Assembly (NCBI GenBank): GCA_004022145.1
Contig: RCNU01000002.1
Source of the DNA: Paecilomyces variotii
Taxonomy: Eukaryota
Reading direction: 5' to 3' (one strand)
Length of the DNA: 64,000 bases
Shown here: positions 1 through 13,900 of the stretch, in pieces
Numbering within the stretch: position 1 is the stretch's first letter
Layout: the number at the start of each line of letters is the position of its first letter
Notes under the pieces: model-generated
What the model was told of the DNA's origin: nothing
The model's database searches: none
Seen by the model: the letters and a program-made list of their open reading frames with translations, nothing else
Made by a program: the position numbers and the translations under genes

Positions 1-998
1 GAATCTCCTCTCTTTGAAAGTCTTGAAACCGCACAGAAAGTGAAAGCCAAAGCAAAAAGAGGCACTGCTTTTAGCTGTGGGGCGGCAAATCATCCAGCTG
101 GGATTCTTGTTAAACCATCGGCGCCGAACCGCCCCAAATGGGAGATCAAAACGGCGGGCGCGAAACAGGCACAATTTAGAAATAGAGATAGATACGGTGG
201 GGAACGGACTCAACTCTGGCCTCCACAAGGGTCTGACTAGGAACAGAACAGTAACTGACCAGACAAGCTGCTTCCAGACAGAGATGGTATGGAAGAGGTA
301 TTCACGCCCGTATCAACAACAATGATCCCAACTGTTGTTTCTCAGTCAGGTAGAGCCAGCCGATCGAAGAAAGCCAATATCAAATCGCCGCGCCAGCTGC
401 GACCAGGATGGAGGACGGTTGTTTTTTTCTTTTTTTTTTTTTTAAAGAAATCCACCGAAACAAGGTTAAAAATGGCTGAGCAGCGGAGGGGGCGGAGGGG
501 CACAAGCAGCAATGAACCGCGAGGGTAAGGTTAGCGATGGAGGAGACGATCCTTCTCCCGCGTCTTCGATTTATTAATTTTGGTATTATTATTCTCTCAG
601 TAGTGGTTGAACGATCCGTGCAAGCATGGAATCTTAATTCGATGATGTCTCCACGTCTGAACCTGGGAAAGGAAGCAGATCCCCTTTTTGGGGCAGGGAT
701 AATTATGTGCGATGCAACAGTCGATCAGGAAGAGCAGAAGCTAACTAAGTTATGCTTCTTAAGGTTGTTAAGGGAATGAGCCTAAACGGAACAAAAGAAT
801 CTGGAGGTGTCAAAGGTGAGGGAGTGAGAGAAAGAAGAAACAGATGCTGATGATCACAGACGCCAGAAGGAATGCGGCGTCCCAGTGGCTGTTTGCTTCT
901 TGGCCGCCTTTTTCCTTCTGCTCCCAACTAACTCTCTTTTCCCGTGGATTCTCATCGTTCATGATTCAATCAATAATCTATCCTCATCATCCATCCTC

Positions 999-1022
999 CA
1001 TCTCCATCTCCATCTCCATCTC
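999..1022. repeat. (CATCTC)4 hexanucleotide tandem repeat
   Basis: Read directly: catctc x4. Confidence 0.85.
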
Positions 1023-4000
1023 TCTTTTCCTCCACAAAACAACAGCCTGAAGTGTTATCATCTCGTCTATCATCTGGCCCTTTCCTTCTTCTCGCATCTA
1101 CGATACAAGTCTCCAACTGAAATCCCTCCAGACGGCTCTCGACCGTTCCTCTGGCCCTGCAGTGCCCGTTCGCGGCATCTTCAAGCGAACACAGCACCCC
1201 ATAGGAAGGGATGGTGGCGCTCTGATCCCTTGGGGTCTTGGCTAGCGCTGGACTTCTGAAGCTTAAGCTTAATCCAACACGAGGAGACGGGGCGCTGAAC
1301 CGTACAGTACGCTACAGGACCCCCCCACGGTTACGAATAATTAGAGTCAGTAGGGGTCAAGCGCTAAATTCAGCCAAGGTCCAAGGATCGTGAACAGCGC
1401 CGTCGGAAACCCCGTCGGCCGTGGATGGCTGCTGCTGATGGCGCCCTTGGTGACAAGCAAATCGAGAGGCTGGGACGAGCCGCCAACATGCGATTTCTCA
1501 TGCCAAAGCCACGGTGGTCTGTCAAACTATCTAGCACTTGGCGCCAACGGGGGCCAAGCATCTCATGGTTGCTGATCGCGTCGCTGAAGGGTAGAGAGTC
1601 TCCCAATGATAATAATGGCGATCTCCAGAGACGGGAGATCAGAATCAAACGTGCTCAGGGATCTTGGCTGCTGGTCCCATGCAAGAAGATGACGGGCGTT
1701 TCCACACAGCCATCCGGTTATTTGTCGGTTCACGTGTGAGACAGCAGTTTCCTGAATAGGCTTTGGCACCAATATGGAGCTTATCTGGCGCTGCCGCCTC
1801 CTGGAGACGATACTATAGTTCCGCTAATTTATGCCTCGTGTACGTGCATAAGCGACCAGCACTTATAGTTGCGCCCCGACCATCCCGATTCTAATACACT
1901 AGGCGCCATGGTGCCATTATTATTCTAGCTCTGACAGCAAACAAACATTCTCGCTACGGCCAGAGTTGCCCCTTTCACATCTTGGAGGTAGTTTATCTGT
2001 CGAGGCACGCGAGTGATAGAGACACTTATTTTAGTCTCAATTGCTGCGTACGGTTACGGAAAATACCATGGGCGAGACCAGTGTGACCGACCACAAGAGA
2101 TGTTCTGTCTGGATACGCTACTCGAGATGTCTCATATCTATGGGCAATCTTATCAGCTCCGGTGTTGCCTCACATTTCGCGCATCTATGTACATGTAGTA
2201 GGGAAGGAACCTCCGTGTCTCGGAACCTTTCACAGACGCTCATGTTTCTCAAATATAACTATTCCAACTGACCACTGCCTCGGACCTCGTCGCGTCCTTT
2301 GTCTTTAATCGTCATCAGACGTCATTGTCAGACCATAACCGATGCACGGAATATCGATATTTTGAAAACCCATTGAAACAGCACGCCAGGCTATGTGATA
2401 AACGAGTCGATAGATTAGCCGTCATTTCCGTCAGATCACCGCCAGCAGCTTGGTTGGCATAATAAACTACTCATCTGGTATGGAAGATGACTATCCTACT
2501 GGGTGTCTGATATTCCATGAGCCTAAACCAGTGTCGGTCTCTAATTCCAGTAATCTGAGACAAACCGTGGCGGACAGATGCGCTGGCCAAATATATACCT
2601 GTCACTACAAGGACATACATGACTCGTGCAGCAAAAGTTGTTGATGATTGTATCTATACTAATTAACAGAAACACGGAAACCCAAGGCTCCAGGGGGACT
2701 TTCTGGCTCCACTGATTGCGGTCAATGTAACATGAACAATATCAGAGGCTTCGCAGTGCGTCTCGGGATGATCGTCGCAAATGTGACCAAGGCTCCAAGC
2801 CAATCCGACTACAATGCGAAGAATGATGTCGGAAACTAATAATACTTTTCCATTATACATACGAACGGACATGATTTTATGACAAGTCCGTTTCAGGTTT
2901 CAACCCGCGCTAGAATCGGTTCCATGGCAGATCGAGGAGATTCATATTGGCAGACAAACGCCGCTGGGATGTTTCCTGCTTTCCTTCTTTCTCTTTCTTT
3001 TTTGTTTGTCATCATGGTACACGGAAAACACGGAGCACGTGTAGATCAACCTTCTTCCTTGGTCTTGGACTGCTCCACATTCTTGGACCGAGCATTGATG
3101 ATGCCCAGTCAACAGTCTCCGACGTGGAATTAAAAATCGGCGGCTAGAGACTAACCGATCCACCCAGAGCGGCGCATCTGCATTTACTCTACTTTGCCTC
3201 AATGCAGGAAGACTAATATTAGTCCGTTCTTGTTGATTCGATTCCGGTGTACAAGCATTGGACCATCTGATTGCTATGTCTGCCAGTCTCGCATCTGGAA
3301 CACAGCACATATAACTGTCGACTATCCGAGTATTCCTTATTTTGGAATCAAATGATACAAAGAAGAACACCCTTGCGGTATTACCACTACTCGTTCCACC
3401 GCCGAGAGGTTTATATCTCCCTAAATCTCCGCTCGCTTGGTACCAGCATCCGAACCTCCGTGACTGGCCACTAAAGCCAGAAACAGAGTCTTGATTGGCG
3501 TCTGGCGGGAAAGCCGATCCGAGGAACAATGTCGAGTAACTTTTAGCATTACTGCATGGCAAAAGCCACTTATTTGAGACTATCGACAAGCGACAATCTA
3601 TTCCTAGCTCGTCACCACTTGACGCGAGTAATCCGCGGATCTGAGTTACGAGTATGCACGACCCCATACTTTGTCGGCTTTGGTTCCATCCCCCCTGGAC
3701 CTTGACGACAGATCATCCGCGTCATCTCCTAAGCAAAACCCTGTTGTTACGTATTTACCGCTTGTCGCGTGCTTCGGAGTCTCTCCAGACATTCGTGTCA
3801 CACTATCACCTGCGCGGCGGAACAAACCAGAATAGGGTTTATTGTATTTATTGTAATCAAAAGTGTCAGATCTCATTGCGCACAGCCTAGCAGATTTCGC
3901 ACCCCACATCGTTTCACCGGTTAACCTTGAGCAGAGCTTCTATCCAATAACCCCTCACTGCAGAGGGCACAGTACGACACCAGTCATAGATAATTACCTC

Positions 4001-7000
4001 GGCGGTCTATTCACTAAAGTCGTGCTTGCCTCGGCCGAGACACTATCTATTGTATATGGTAATGGTACGAATGCTGCGCCGCGTGCTACATAGCAAACGA
4101 TGCCCGATGCTACCATGATTTAAGGTATCAGAGATCGGTGCCGCCGTGAAACGTTACACAAGCTTATCTCCTCTAGGAAAATAATCGTCTAATGGAAGAC
4201 AAAGCGGCCGAGTCTAATCATAAGAAGACCCACGAGGAAAATGGACAATTCCCCCGGTGATGTCCAAATAATAGATACGCTCCGGACATATCAATTCTCC
4301 CTTGCGTGTCCTCTTCTACAGTACCATACGTACTGGGCACCTGAATAGTACGATGGCATAACAGCAAACGTCCCGGTATGCTTATCTTGCGTCACTGCGC
4401 CCTTGCTTCGTGCATAGTCATCCTCAGGCGCTCTACGGTGTGACTACGCAGTACACCCGAATCGCGACTGGTCTCTGCAAAGCTTCTCTGCGCCATGATT
4501 GACCGACCAGGCATAGCGGGTAGCTGCACATCTCCCAGATAATGACCATAACAAGCTGCATATCGCGTCAGGGGTCGCTGTTGCAGTATCACTGAGACAT
4601 TTTATCGATTGCTGCTTATAGTCGGGATCTGCTCTTTCTTTCTTTATTGCATCTGCATCCGACGTATGCCCAATTTTACAGCATTATTATTCATCGCCTG
4701 CTGCATCAATACTAATAATAATGAAAATCCTGATGGACTTCCGAGGCTCCGACACGCATGAACGAGCTAAGTTAGCAGATACCACGACAGAGCTAACATG
4801 GACAAGCGCGCCCTAAGCATGGATTTAGCTATGGCGCAGGCGCACACAACAAAGTGCGATCGAGCGTAAGTCAAAGGCTTAACTGCGGTAAGGTTGTTAA
4901 GCATGATCAAGCCACCTCGGTTCAAAGGGCAAATTAAAGGGGGGGAATCCTGCGGGGGCGATTAAAAAAAAAGAAGCAGGCAAAAAGTCAGAAAAAGCGA
5001 GAAAGCCGAGCGGAATCTTACGTTTTCTGGAATAATGGACGGGTCAGGGTAGAACAAGGTTAACTCGGGGCCCACGCACCACGTTTTTTTGCCTTTCTTA
5101 CCCTGTGCTAACGGCTAGAGGAGTCAGGACTATTATTATTGTTATTATTATTACGCATACGAAGACGGATGGATCTTCTTGATCAACACCAACATAGCAG
5201 GGAGCATAGCCGTTCATATCCGCCAATCCACCGGACTGTGTGTGTGATATTACCAACTCAGCCACCGTGATGCTGGAGACTTGCTAAGAGGTTATTTGAG
5301 GTTTTTTACGTATGGTATTCTGCTTCTGCGCAGTCTTGGCTGATTATTAGCGTTAAACTACTCCGTACTTCCTCCTTCGGGGGCGCACTGACTCGGTGAG
5401 TCGCTAGGTCACAATCATTGGGCTTTGCCGTCTGACATAGTCGGCCCTGGTGCGTCTTGGCTCTATCGACGACATGGAGCGGGCGAAAGCTAATTGTTCT
5501 TTGTTCACATACTCTAACGCCCTGCCGAGAGCCGGTCTGCTCTTACATCGCTTCTCAAGTCTTGTCCGTCACAGTCCAGGAGGCTGCCAAGCTGGGGGCT
5601 GGTTTTGGCGATACCAGTCAGCGTATCTAGTAGGGATGTCACCGGGTACGAGCTCACATTCAAGATCGGAGCTTCCAATCATTGGCCACTTTAGGATAAA
5701 GGGACGCACTGCCAAGAGAAAACAGAAAGCAAGAACTGAAATCTTTTACCACGCAATGCCGAGGAGTTGAACCCATGCGATCATAGTTGAACAGCAATCA
5801 ACCATGATCAGAGTCGGGCCAAGACAATCGCTGCATAAATTTCGCCACGCTTTGCTATCTAGGTAGTTATTACTAGTGCTTATTGGTACGCCGTAACGCC
5901 GCCTCCCGATTTTGGATTTGTTTCCACGGATCCAAATTATTATTATGAAAGTGACAAGACCGATTCATAATCTCTTGCTAATCCGTCCATTTACTTTAAT
6001 AATGTATATCCCGTATATACGCCACTGGAAACCGTCACGCATACGCTCGCGTGTTATCTAGACCTTTCTTTGAATGTCACGAGGCCATCGCGGACAGTCT
6101 TGATTACAATTGAACTAGAGTCCATATGGAGATCGGACCAGGCCACGAGGGCGCTTGTGTAAGAGCCTAGATACTGCTAAACCGAATCACTAGTATCTGG
6201 TAGACAAAGCGACTCGTGTATAACGACTATTCATTTATATTTGTTTCAGCCTTCTCAAGCCACGGCTGGTAGTGATATAACCAGAAGGACATTGCAACTT
6301 GTCTAGAGCTTGGTACCGAGAGTTGTTCGCTTGACCACCGTGCAAGCATTGAGAGATTAGAGTAAATTTAAATTCCGATTAGTGTGTTTGAGAAACAATT
6401 TCCATGAGATTGTCTGATCCTTTTTCATTCCAATCCTGAAGCCACTAAAACCTACAAACACTTGGCATTCGTCCCCAATATGTTGTTTTTATTATCCCTC
6501 ACTACCTCTGACGACTCACTAGCCCCATTCCTTACAGAAGAGGCTGGAATTGGATAGCTTCTAGACCTTCAAAAGAAAAACAGACCTTCCCCAGTCTAGA
6601 GTAAGGATCAATCTGAGAGGGAAGGGCGAATTGAGCCGCCGTTTTACAATGCCAGATGTGGCGCGGCCAGAAGTCGTTCTAGATCCTGGGGTTTTCCGCC
6701 AGCAGCCGAGCAATGCACTTGCATCGTGAGACCAGAGACAGAACACAACAATGATAAATGTGTTTCTAGCACCTACCACAGCTAAGATTGACCCAAATTC
6801 TTCTATGTACACTAACGATGAGACTACCGCCCTTGCTTTCTGGCTTTCTAACCTTTCTTGGAACCGAAACCTGGTAAAAAAAAAAAACGGAAATCTAGAC
6901 GCTCACACACACATACCCCCCGAGCCTTCGCCGGATCGGTCCTTCTAAAACCTTCACTTTATTTTCAATAATAATAATCTTGGCCCTTTTTTTTTCTTCT

Positions 7001-8440
7001 CTCTGTCTTATGCCATGTGGTACGCCTAAACGGCGCCATGGTTCGAGCGGGCCGACTCCGAAGGGAAAGTAGGAATACTAATCATAAAATGATAAAATAC
7101 GTGTTCACTATAATAATTATTTCCTCGGCGTTATTATTATTACTACGTACTAGCTAATAATAGTTAATAATAATTATGTCTCAGATCTCGGACTCTAACC
7201 GATGACGCTTCACGCTCTTCTATCGGCCCAGACCGAGAACCTAGGTACTGTTTCGTTTCTGAACTAAATCTAAGTAAAGTACGTAGTACGTAGTACTCTG
7301 TATTATTTAATATTATTATTATTATCATGTACCATACTTAGTAGCAGGAGTCGTATACTGAGTAGTATAGTATACACGTAAACGGACCATCATGTGAGCT
7401 AAAAAGGAGCCCACTTGACTCGTGTTTTCCGATCTTATTTTTTTCTTTTTTTTCTAGACCTTTCTCTCGTCTATTATCGTCTATTGAAACTCTAAATAGA
7501 ACTACGATACGAGGGTGATGGGGGGGAAAAACATGGGGGGGAGGGGGGATTGGGGGCGATATTATTTAGTTCGTTCGTTCGCGATCTTGGCTCGCTTTAG
7601 TAGTACATACATAATTATATCTAGAGAGCCGTCACGTTAGCTAGATAGGGCGGGTTGGGGCTTATGGCTTTATTTCGTGGTTTATGCCTTGTTTAGGCAA
7701 CAGCACCGAGGAGCGGGATGTAGTTAGTTATATGGCGATTACGAGGAAGACTGGAAAATAGGAATAGGGACTCGTGTTTATACTTTACATGGACGACGGA
7801 TTGTTATTGGATATTGTGTGATGAGCTGTGATTAATGAGGATATTCTTCATGTTTTGTTTAATCAGCTGAAAAAGATGCAGGCTCATTTTTATGCATGGC
7901 ATGGTGCTATTCAGGAAGGAATTATATGGAATTAAATCCTCTCAAGAGTCCCGACAATCCTTTGGATTAGGATAATTAGAGGAAGTATTCTGATGGTATA
8001 TTATATTGTACTGTACATTGACAACTCGCTCTATGGTATAGTGAGAGAAGATCCCGAGAAGCAATATATACTTACCTACTCATATCTTCTGGTAGAGTTA
8101 GTCTTTCTGTCGAAAAATAAAAGAAACGGATTTAATTATGATAATTGCGTGATATAAAAAAGGACGCGATGTAATTTCGGACTCAAGACTAGGTGTCTAT
8201 ATCTTACTTACAGGGGATAAATAATTGGTTGTCGGCCTATTATTCTCCTGTACGTTCGCTGGTTCATAATCTAGTTAAAAATGCTTCGAACCTCACTTTC
8301 TAATCACCTTGTCATGCATAATAGGTAGTAAGTAACTACGTGACGACTTGGATTTTCCCTTTGCTTACTATACTAACTTACTCGGATGATCCTATGAACA
8401 GCTCTTGCCGTTGTTTAGACTGTGGTCTTGGCTGAGAGTG

Positions 8441-8459
8441 TATATATATATATATATAT
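8441..8459. repeat. (TA)n microsatellite
   Basis: About 9 TA units read directly. Confidence 0.9.
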
Positions 8460-8903
8460 CTCATAGACCATATCTCTTACTATGCATTTACTAGAACTGA
8501 TAGATTGAGAGTCCTATCGAGGACCTGGAAAGGAGGGTAGAATAGTTGTTTTCTGGGCTTAGGAATCATACTCCTTTCTTTCCTGATTGGATTGTGGGTT
8601 TACGGAATCAGCTACATGCTTTCTTTAGAGATGAGGAAATGTAGAGTTCTCTGCGTGCGCGTAGAGAAAACGTCTAGAGTTGTAAAATGAATCGGACGAG
8701 AATGATAATTTTTCTTTTAGATCACTATGCCTGTTATGTTTCATTCGAGGATATAGGACGAGTAGATCGATGTTGTGCCAAACGGAAATAAAATAAGCCT
8801 AGAATGGCTCGGATATCTTTCAATGGTACACTATAGTACAGTACTAACACAGATATATCTGAGTGGAGGCTAGTTATGGCGGATATTTTTTTTCGATATG
8901 CTT

Positions 8904-10663
8904 CTAGCAATCGGCTCTTCCGAAATGTCTCGGGAATGGCACGATGTCTCGAAGGCTGCTGACACCTGCCAAGTATCCGAGAAGTCTGTCAAAGCCCAGG
9001 CCAAAGCCGCCGTGAGGAGCGGTGCCCCAGCGACGAAGGTCGGCATACCACCGCAGGTGAGCGAGGTCTTCGTTCGGCAACAAGTATGGATATGGAGGTT
9101 CCTCCGCTGAGACAGGAGGGGACGAGGAGTCGGCTGGTGGAGGAGGAGTCTTGATGAGACCGTGCTCACGCATATTCTCAATGATGTTCGGCAGTCGATG
9201 TTCACGCAGGGAGCCGCCAACAACTTCACAGATCTCAGGCACTAGAAGATCGAAGCATGCCACTGTCTCGCCCGGTGGTGAGGCAGCTCCTTCGGTCTCT
9301 GAGAGCTGAGAAGGAGCCATATAGAATGGCTTGACCTTCTTCGGATAGTCCGTCACGAAAACAGGAGTACCCTTGTAGATGACGTCGACAATGTACTTCT
9401 CATGTTCCAGCTGAAGGCCATCAGACCACGATGGTGGAAAGTCAAAGGAAGCACCGTCCTCTTTAACAGCATTTTGAAGCAGCTCAATTGCCCGTGTGTA
9501 TGTGACACGATGCCATCTCGGCCCGTCCATCAAGCTTTGCCATCTTTCACGTAATGAAGAGCCCGATTCTGCATTCTCCTGTCCCGACTCTCCTGTCCGC
9601 TTGGCAGACAAAATCTCCTGTCCAGCGGGTGTGGCATAGAGCCGTCGTGTGAGATCACGAATGACATATTCGACCAAATCTGTGAGCGAATCCAGATCAT
9701 TCGTGAAGTTGACCTCGGCTTCGAGCATATAGAACTCGCTCAGATGGCGTGGAGTGTCGCTCTTTTCCGCTCGGAACGTTGGTGAAAGCGCCCATACATT
9801 TCCTAATTCGGCAGCATATGCCTCAAGATGAAGTTGGGAAGAAACGGTCAGATATTTCGGCGCACGAAAGAAATGCTCTGCTTCAGGTCCAGATCCCATT
9901 GACTCCCTAGGTATGACAGTGAACGTTTCACCAGCGCCTTCGCAATCCGACGATGTTATCAACGGTGGCTGCACCTGCGTGAACGCCCCTGAAGGATGTG
10001 ATCTGAACACGTTTCCTAGCTGATATATGCATTCTGAGCGAAATCGCGATAGGAGGGAGCTGAAGGGTGTCCGTAGACGCAGGTGGGGAATCTGTCGAAG
10101 AAAGTCGGGAGAATGATACTTTTTCTGAATGGGATATGTCTGAGGAATGTCAGCTTGATAGCCCAGGGCTTTGCTTAGCAGTTTACCACTTACTTCAGCG
10201 TCCGAGGCGCCAACCACCTTCACGTCTGTAGTTTGGAGCTCATGACTCTGTTCCTTGCCGGGAGGACATGGCTTCCACAGACCAGATATCTCAACTGCCG
10301 CACCAGTAGTCAAACTAAAAGCAAAACCACGTGTGAGCAAAATCTATCAGATATAAGAATCATCTTGTCGCGCCTGAGTTGATTGCGGAGGACATACTCG
10401 GCAGCTTGAGCTGGCGTCAGGATCGCCTGTAGCGGCTGCACCGTCGACCCGTCTGAGATCTCTGCGAAGGCGAAGCGTTTCTGTTTCCTAACGGAACGTA
10501 TAAATCCCTGGACCTTGACTTCTTTGTTCTCATAGATGCAGTCGCCGTGTCGCGACGCTCGGAGGATCTGCGCACATCGTAGCGCCGCCGGAGATGCGAT
10601 CGTCGATGGCTGTTGGTTAAGCCGTAAGACCGACGTAGCAAAGCTCCGTTTCCATGTCCGCAT
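8904..10663 (-). CDS. Mitochondrial asparaginyl-tRNA synthetase (class IIb; yeast SLM5-like), 2 introns
   Basis: Basic/hydroxylated N-terminus MRTWKRSFATSVLRL. OB-fold GFIRSVRKQKRFAFAEISDGS. Motifs YLTVSSQLHLE, PTFRAEKSDTPRHLSEFYMLEAE, PHGGFGLGFDR. Introns about 10315-10397 and 10140-10193. Start uncertain (see uORF finding). Confidence 0.93.
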
Positions 10664-10996
10664 TTCCCTTCCTGTCAACTGGGCACGACCAGTAGCTTAA
10701 GGTCGCGCAAAGCGTTGCATTGACGATTGATTACTCTACAATGTTGCGGTGCAGATCAAAAAAGGTCCGCGTCGATGACCGAGCTCCGGCGGAGCCTCCC
10801 GATTGGCCGGACTAGCTTATCGAGATAAACTGGGAGTTGGATATAAGTTCGAGCTGCAACAATATATATAAATCAATCAATTACGGAATTTATCTTGTCG
10901 AGACTGTCATGGACCGTTTACAAAAGATTCATTGTCATTAGTATTCCTAATGTAGGATCCAGAGCCCAGGCCACATTTGCGCCTTGCATAACACAA

Positions 10997-13900
10997 TCAA
11001 ATAAGAGACCCCTGTTGTTCGTATGCCTTTCTTTCTTCTTCGATCATATCAATTGCATCTTGGATCTTTCCGTCGGCCGCTTCTGCATAGATAGTCATTC
11101 TCTGCCGACCTCCCCTCATACTGCCATACCCAAGCTCAAGCAGCGTTTCAACGCAACCAGTAATGTGCCTGCGTCTGGTGTCAGATCGAGGGCCGGACCC
11201 TGATCCCTCGTTATGGTTGTGGATGTCATCAACGGGGAAGCCGCTGGATGCCCGTGAAATTTCATTAAGGCTGGTTTGTTGGTGAGGGCCCTGGTCATTT
11301 TGCCTCTCGGTAAGCCTAGCATGGCGTATCCATCGCGGATCGTTTGTATCAGGTGCACAGACAGCGGAACGTGCGCTTTGCCAACGTCTCGGGAGCATCT
11401 CTGGGTTAAAAATATGTTTAGAAGGCTCTAGAGGCCTTCTCGAAGGACCAACAGTTGTCAACGTATTGGATCGATGCGGTCCATGCAGTACACGCCGTGG
11501 AAGGCTGGCACCACCGTATTGATCGTATGGCTCACGCGTCGACATTGGTCGCCTTCCTCTGTGATAGGGTGAGCGCCTGGGCAGTGATACTGGCTGTTCA
11601 TCTGTGGAAGCGACTGGCACATCGCCCGTATCAACGAGAGCGGGATGAGGGTTGCCATCTTGGTTCTGTCTGGCCTCCGACATATTAATATGAGCACATG
11701 GCGTTGGGTGAGAAAGGCGATGGCTAGTTCTCAAGACGTGTGCATCTACCTGAGAAACAGGCGGAAATTCTGGTATTCTCGCCTTCGTATTCAACTCCGC
11801 GAGTTTCCCAGGAGAAGGAGTGTCTGCTGCCCCGACCCCTGGACCTCCGGACAAAAGGGAGGGGTAACGAGCAGAAAACTCAGGATCAACAACAGCCTCA
11901 TCAAGCATGCTAACCCCTGTGTCATTCTTTGAGCTCCCCTGAAGCGTGGAGATATTTTGACACTTCGCCATCGCTGAGGGAGTTCCGGCTGTGCACACTT
12001 TCTTCGAGAAGGAATCCTTAACCTGAGGATATGCAGACTGCGATCTGGGGTTCAGGAGCCCTAGAGGACGCTCCGTAGCACCCGATAAGGATGCAGCGTT
12101 ATCCTTGGAGTTATGTAGCGCGCCGTGACAAAACTCGAGATTGATAGAATGGCCATCGATATGAGCACCCTGAAGAGCTGCTAGTGCTGCTTTTGCAGAA
12201 TGAACGGATGGAAAATGCAAGTACCCAAAGCCTGCATGCCTTCCGCTTTCAAGATCGACCGGTAGATCCACTTTGACCAAAAACCCTTTGGAAGCGAACA
12301 CGTCTTGAATAACCTTATCAGTCACGTTATATCCAACATTCCCGATGAACAAAGTCTCTTGCTCGGATGCGGGCGCCTGAGAACTAGTTTGGAGGGAGCT
12401 AGCAGCCTGAGAGTCTGACTGCGGCGGCGGTGGTGGTGGTGGATACGGGTCATGTGGAATCGGCAGATTGCCTGGTCTTCCAAAAGGAGGCACCGTAGGT
12501 AACTGCCACGTAGAGAATCCAATGTGTGGGTAAGATGCTCCCTGGAGGGAAAGTGGCGGCTGTCCAAACGTAGCAGCTCCCTCATCGGTCTTAGTCTGGC
12601 TAGATTCTCTGTCAAAAACTTCCTTGTGAGTGTCGTCTGTGATATCGGCTACCCTCTCTTTGCCTTTTGAAAAGGAAGAAGGACCGGATGTCTCATGTTG
12701 TCCCTGCATTTCAGAAACTGCCGAGCTCACAGTGCTGCCAGGTTGAGAATCGACATCCGGGACAGCGGTGTCTGTTTGAGTGGAAGCAGATATGGCCTCA
12801 GCAGAAGACTCCTGGGTAGCGCCAGAGCTGAACGATGGTCCAAACTCAGTGCGGAAGGACTCAAACAAGGTGCGGCCAATTTGACTAAATTCACTGGCCA
12901 GTTCGCGGAAATCATTGACGGCCTGCTCAGCCTGAGGAAACTCCGGGGTGCGGACCCTATTGGCGGGATTCCCTGAGACAATTGAAGCCTCACCAAGGGA
13001 ATATGCTAGATTCTTGACACAGCCGTCAAGGGCGGACAGCGCATTCTGTAAAGTTGGTCGGATTTGTTCAGGAAAGGCCCTCTGAGCGCTTGAAACTTGA
13101 CGCTCGATTTCCGGGAGCCTAGCCCTCAACTCTGACCCGACAAGCTCTACTTTTCCAATCACATTATTCATAGCATGAACAAAGAGGTCTGCCGGCCTGG
13201 TGGCATCAGAGGGCTGTTGTGCTCCTTGCGTCTCCACAGGAGTAGAAATGCTAGCTCCAGGCCCTTCACGTTCAGCGTCAGTGTGGGCTTCCATGATTCT
13301 GGACATTTCGGCTTCAAATGCAGCTAGCAGCGGTTGAGCCTCATCGCCAGCAGGCGGCTCGGGATTTGGTGTAGCCTCCGGCCGTGAGCTTGCCCGCATG
13401 GACGCATTGGTAGAACAATTCATAGAGGCTCCAGGCACCCAAGGATCACCTTGGATAGAAGGTAGAGAGATAAATCTCGAGGTGCTAGCATCAGGAGTCT
13501 GCCTCCAGCCACGCATACGTGCGCCTGCCTCTTGTGCCTACTCTGTCTCAGCATATGTTCTTTGGAGTTTCTGGCTACTCGATAACTTACCTGTCGCTTT
13601 CCTTCGGCAGTGAGGAAGGAAGTGCCGGATTCTTGCGAAGCAACCTTTTCTCCAGTATAGTCGGTGTTTGCTGGCATAGACGAAGAAGCTGCGTCGCTCA
13701 CCTGAGCGGAGGAGAAACTGGAAAGGGGAGCTTGCTCTTGTTGTTTGCGGGGCGATGGTTCTCTCTTGGGGACCTGAGGCGGGTTGCAAGCACGGAGCCA
13801 GCGTTGACGGATGTCAACAGTGCTAGCATCTCCAAAGACCGGTTTAGACGGTTTGGATTCGCTCACATCCTCAAGGGAGGTCTCCTGGGAAGATGATTGC

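Noticed and set aside
2942-3667. 241-aa minus-strand ORF in the gene-poor block
   Set aside because: No ATG start, no recognisable motif, Cys/Ser/Arg-rich composition typical of a chance ORF.
760-4901. Identical 13-mer taaggttgttaag at 760-772 and 4889-4901
   Set aside because: A single 13-mer match is roughly expected by chance in 9 kb and does not extend.
7040-8295. GGTTCGA B-box-like words (7040 plus strand; about 8285 minus strand)
   Set aside because: No T-stem or cloverleaf can be formed, so no tRNA is called.
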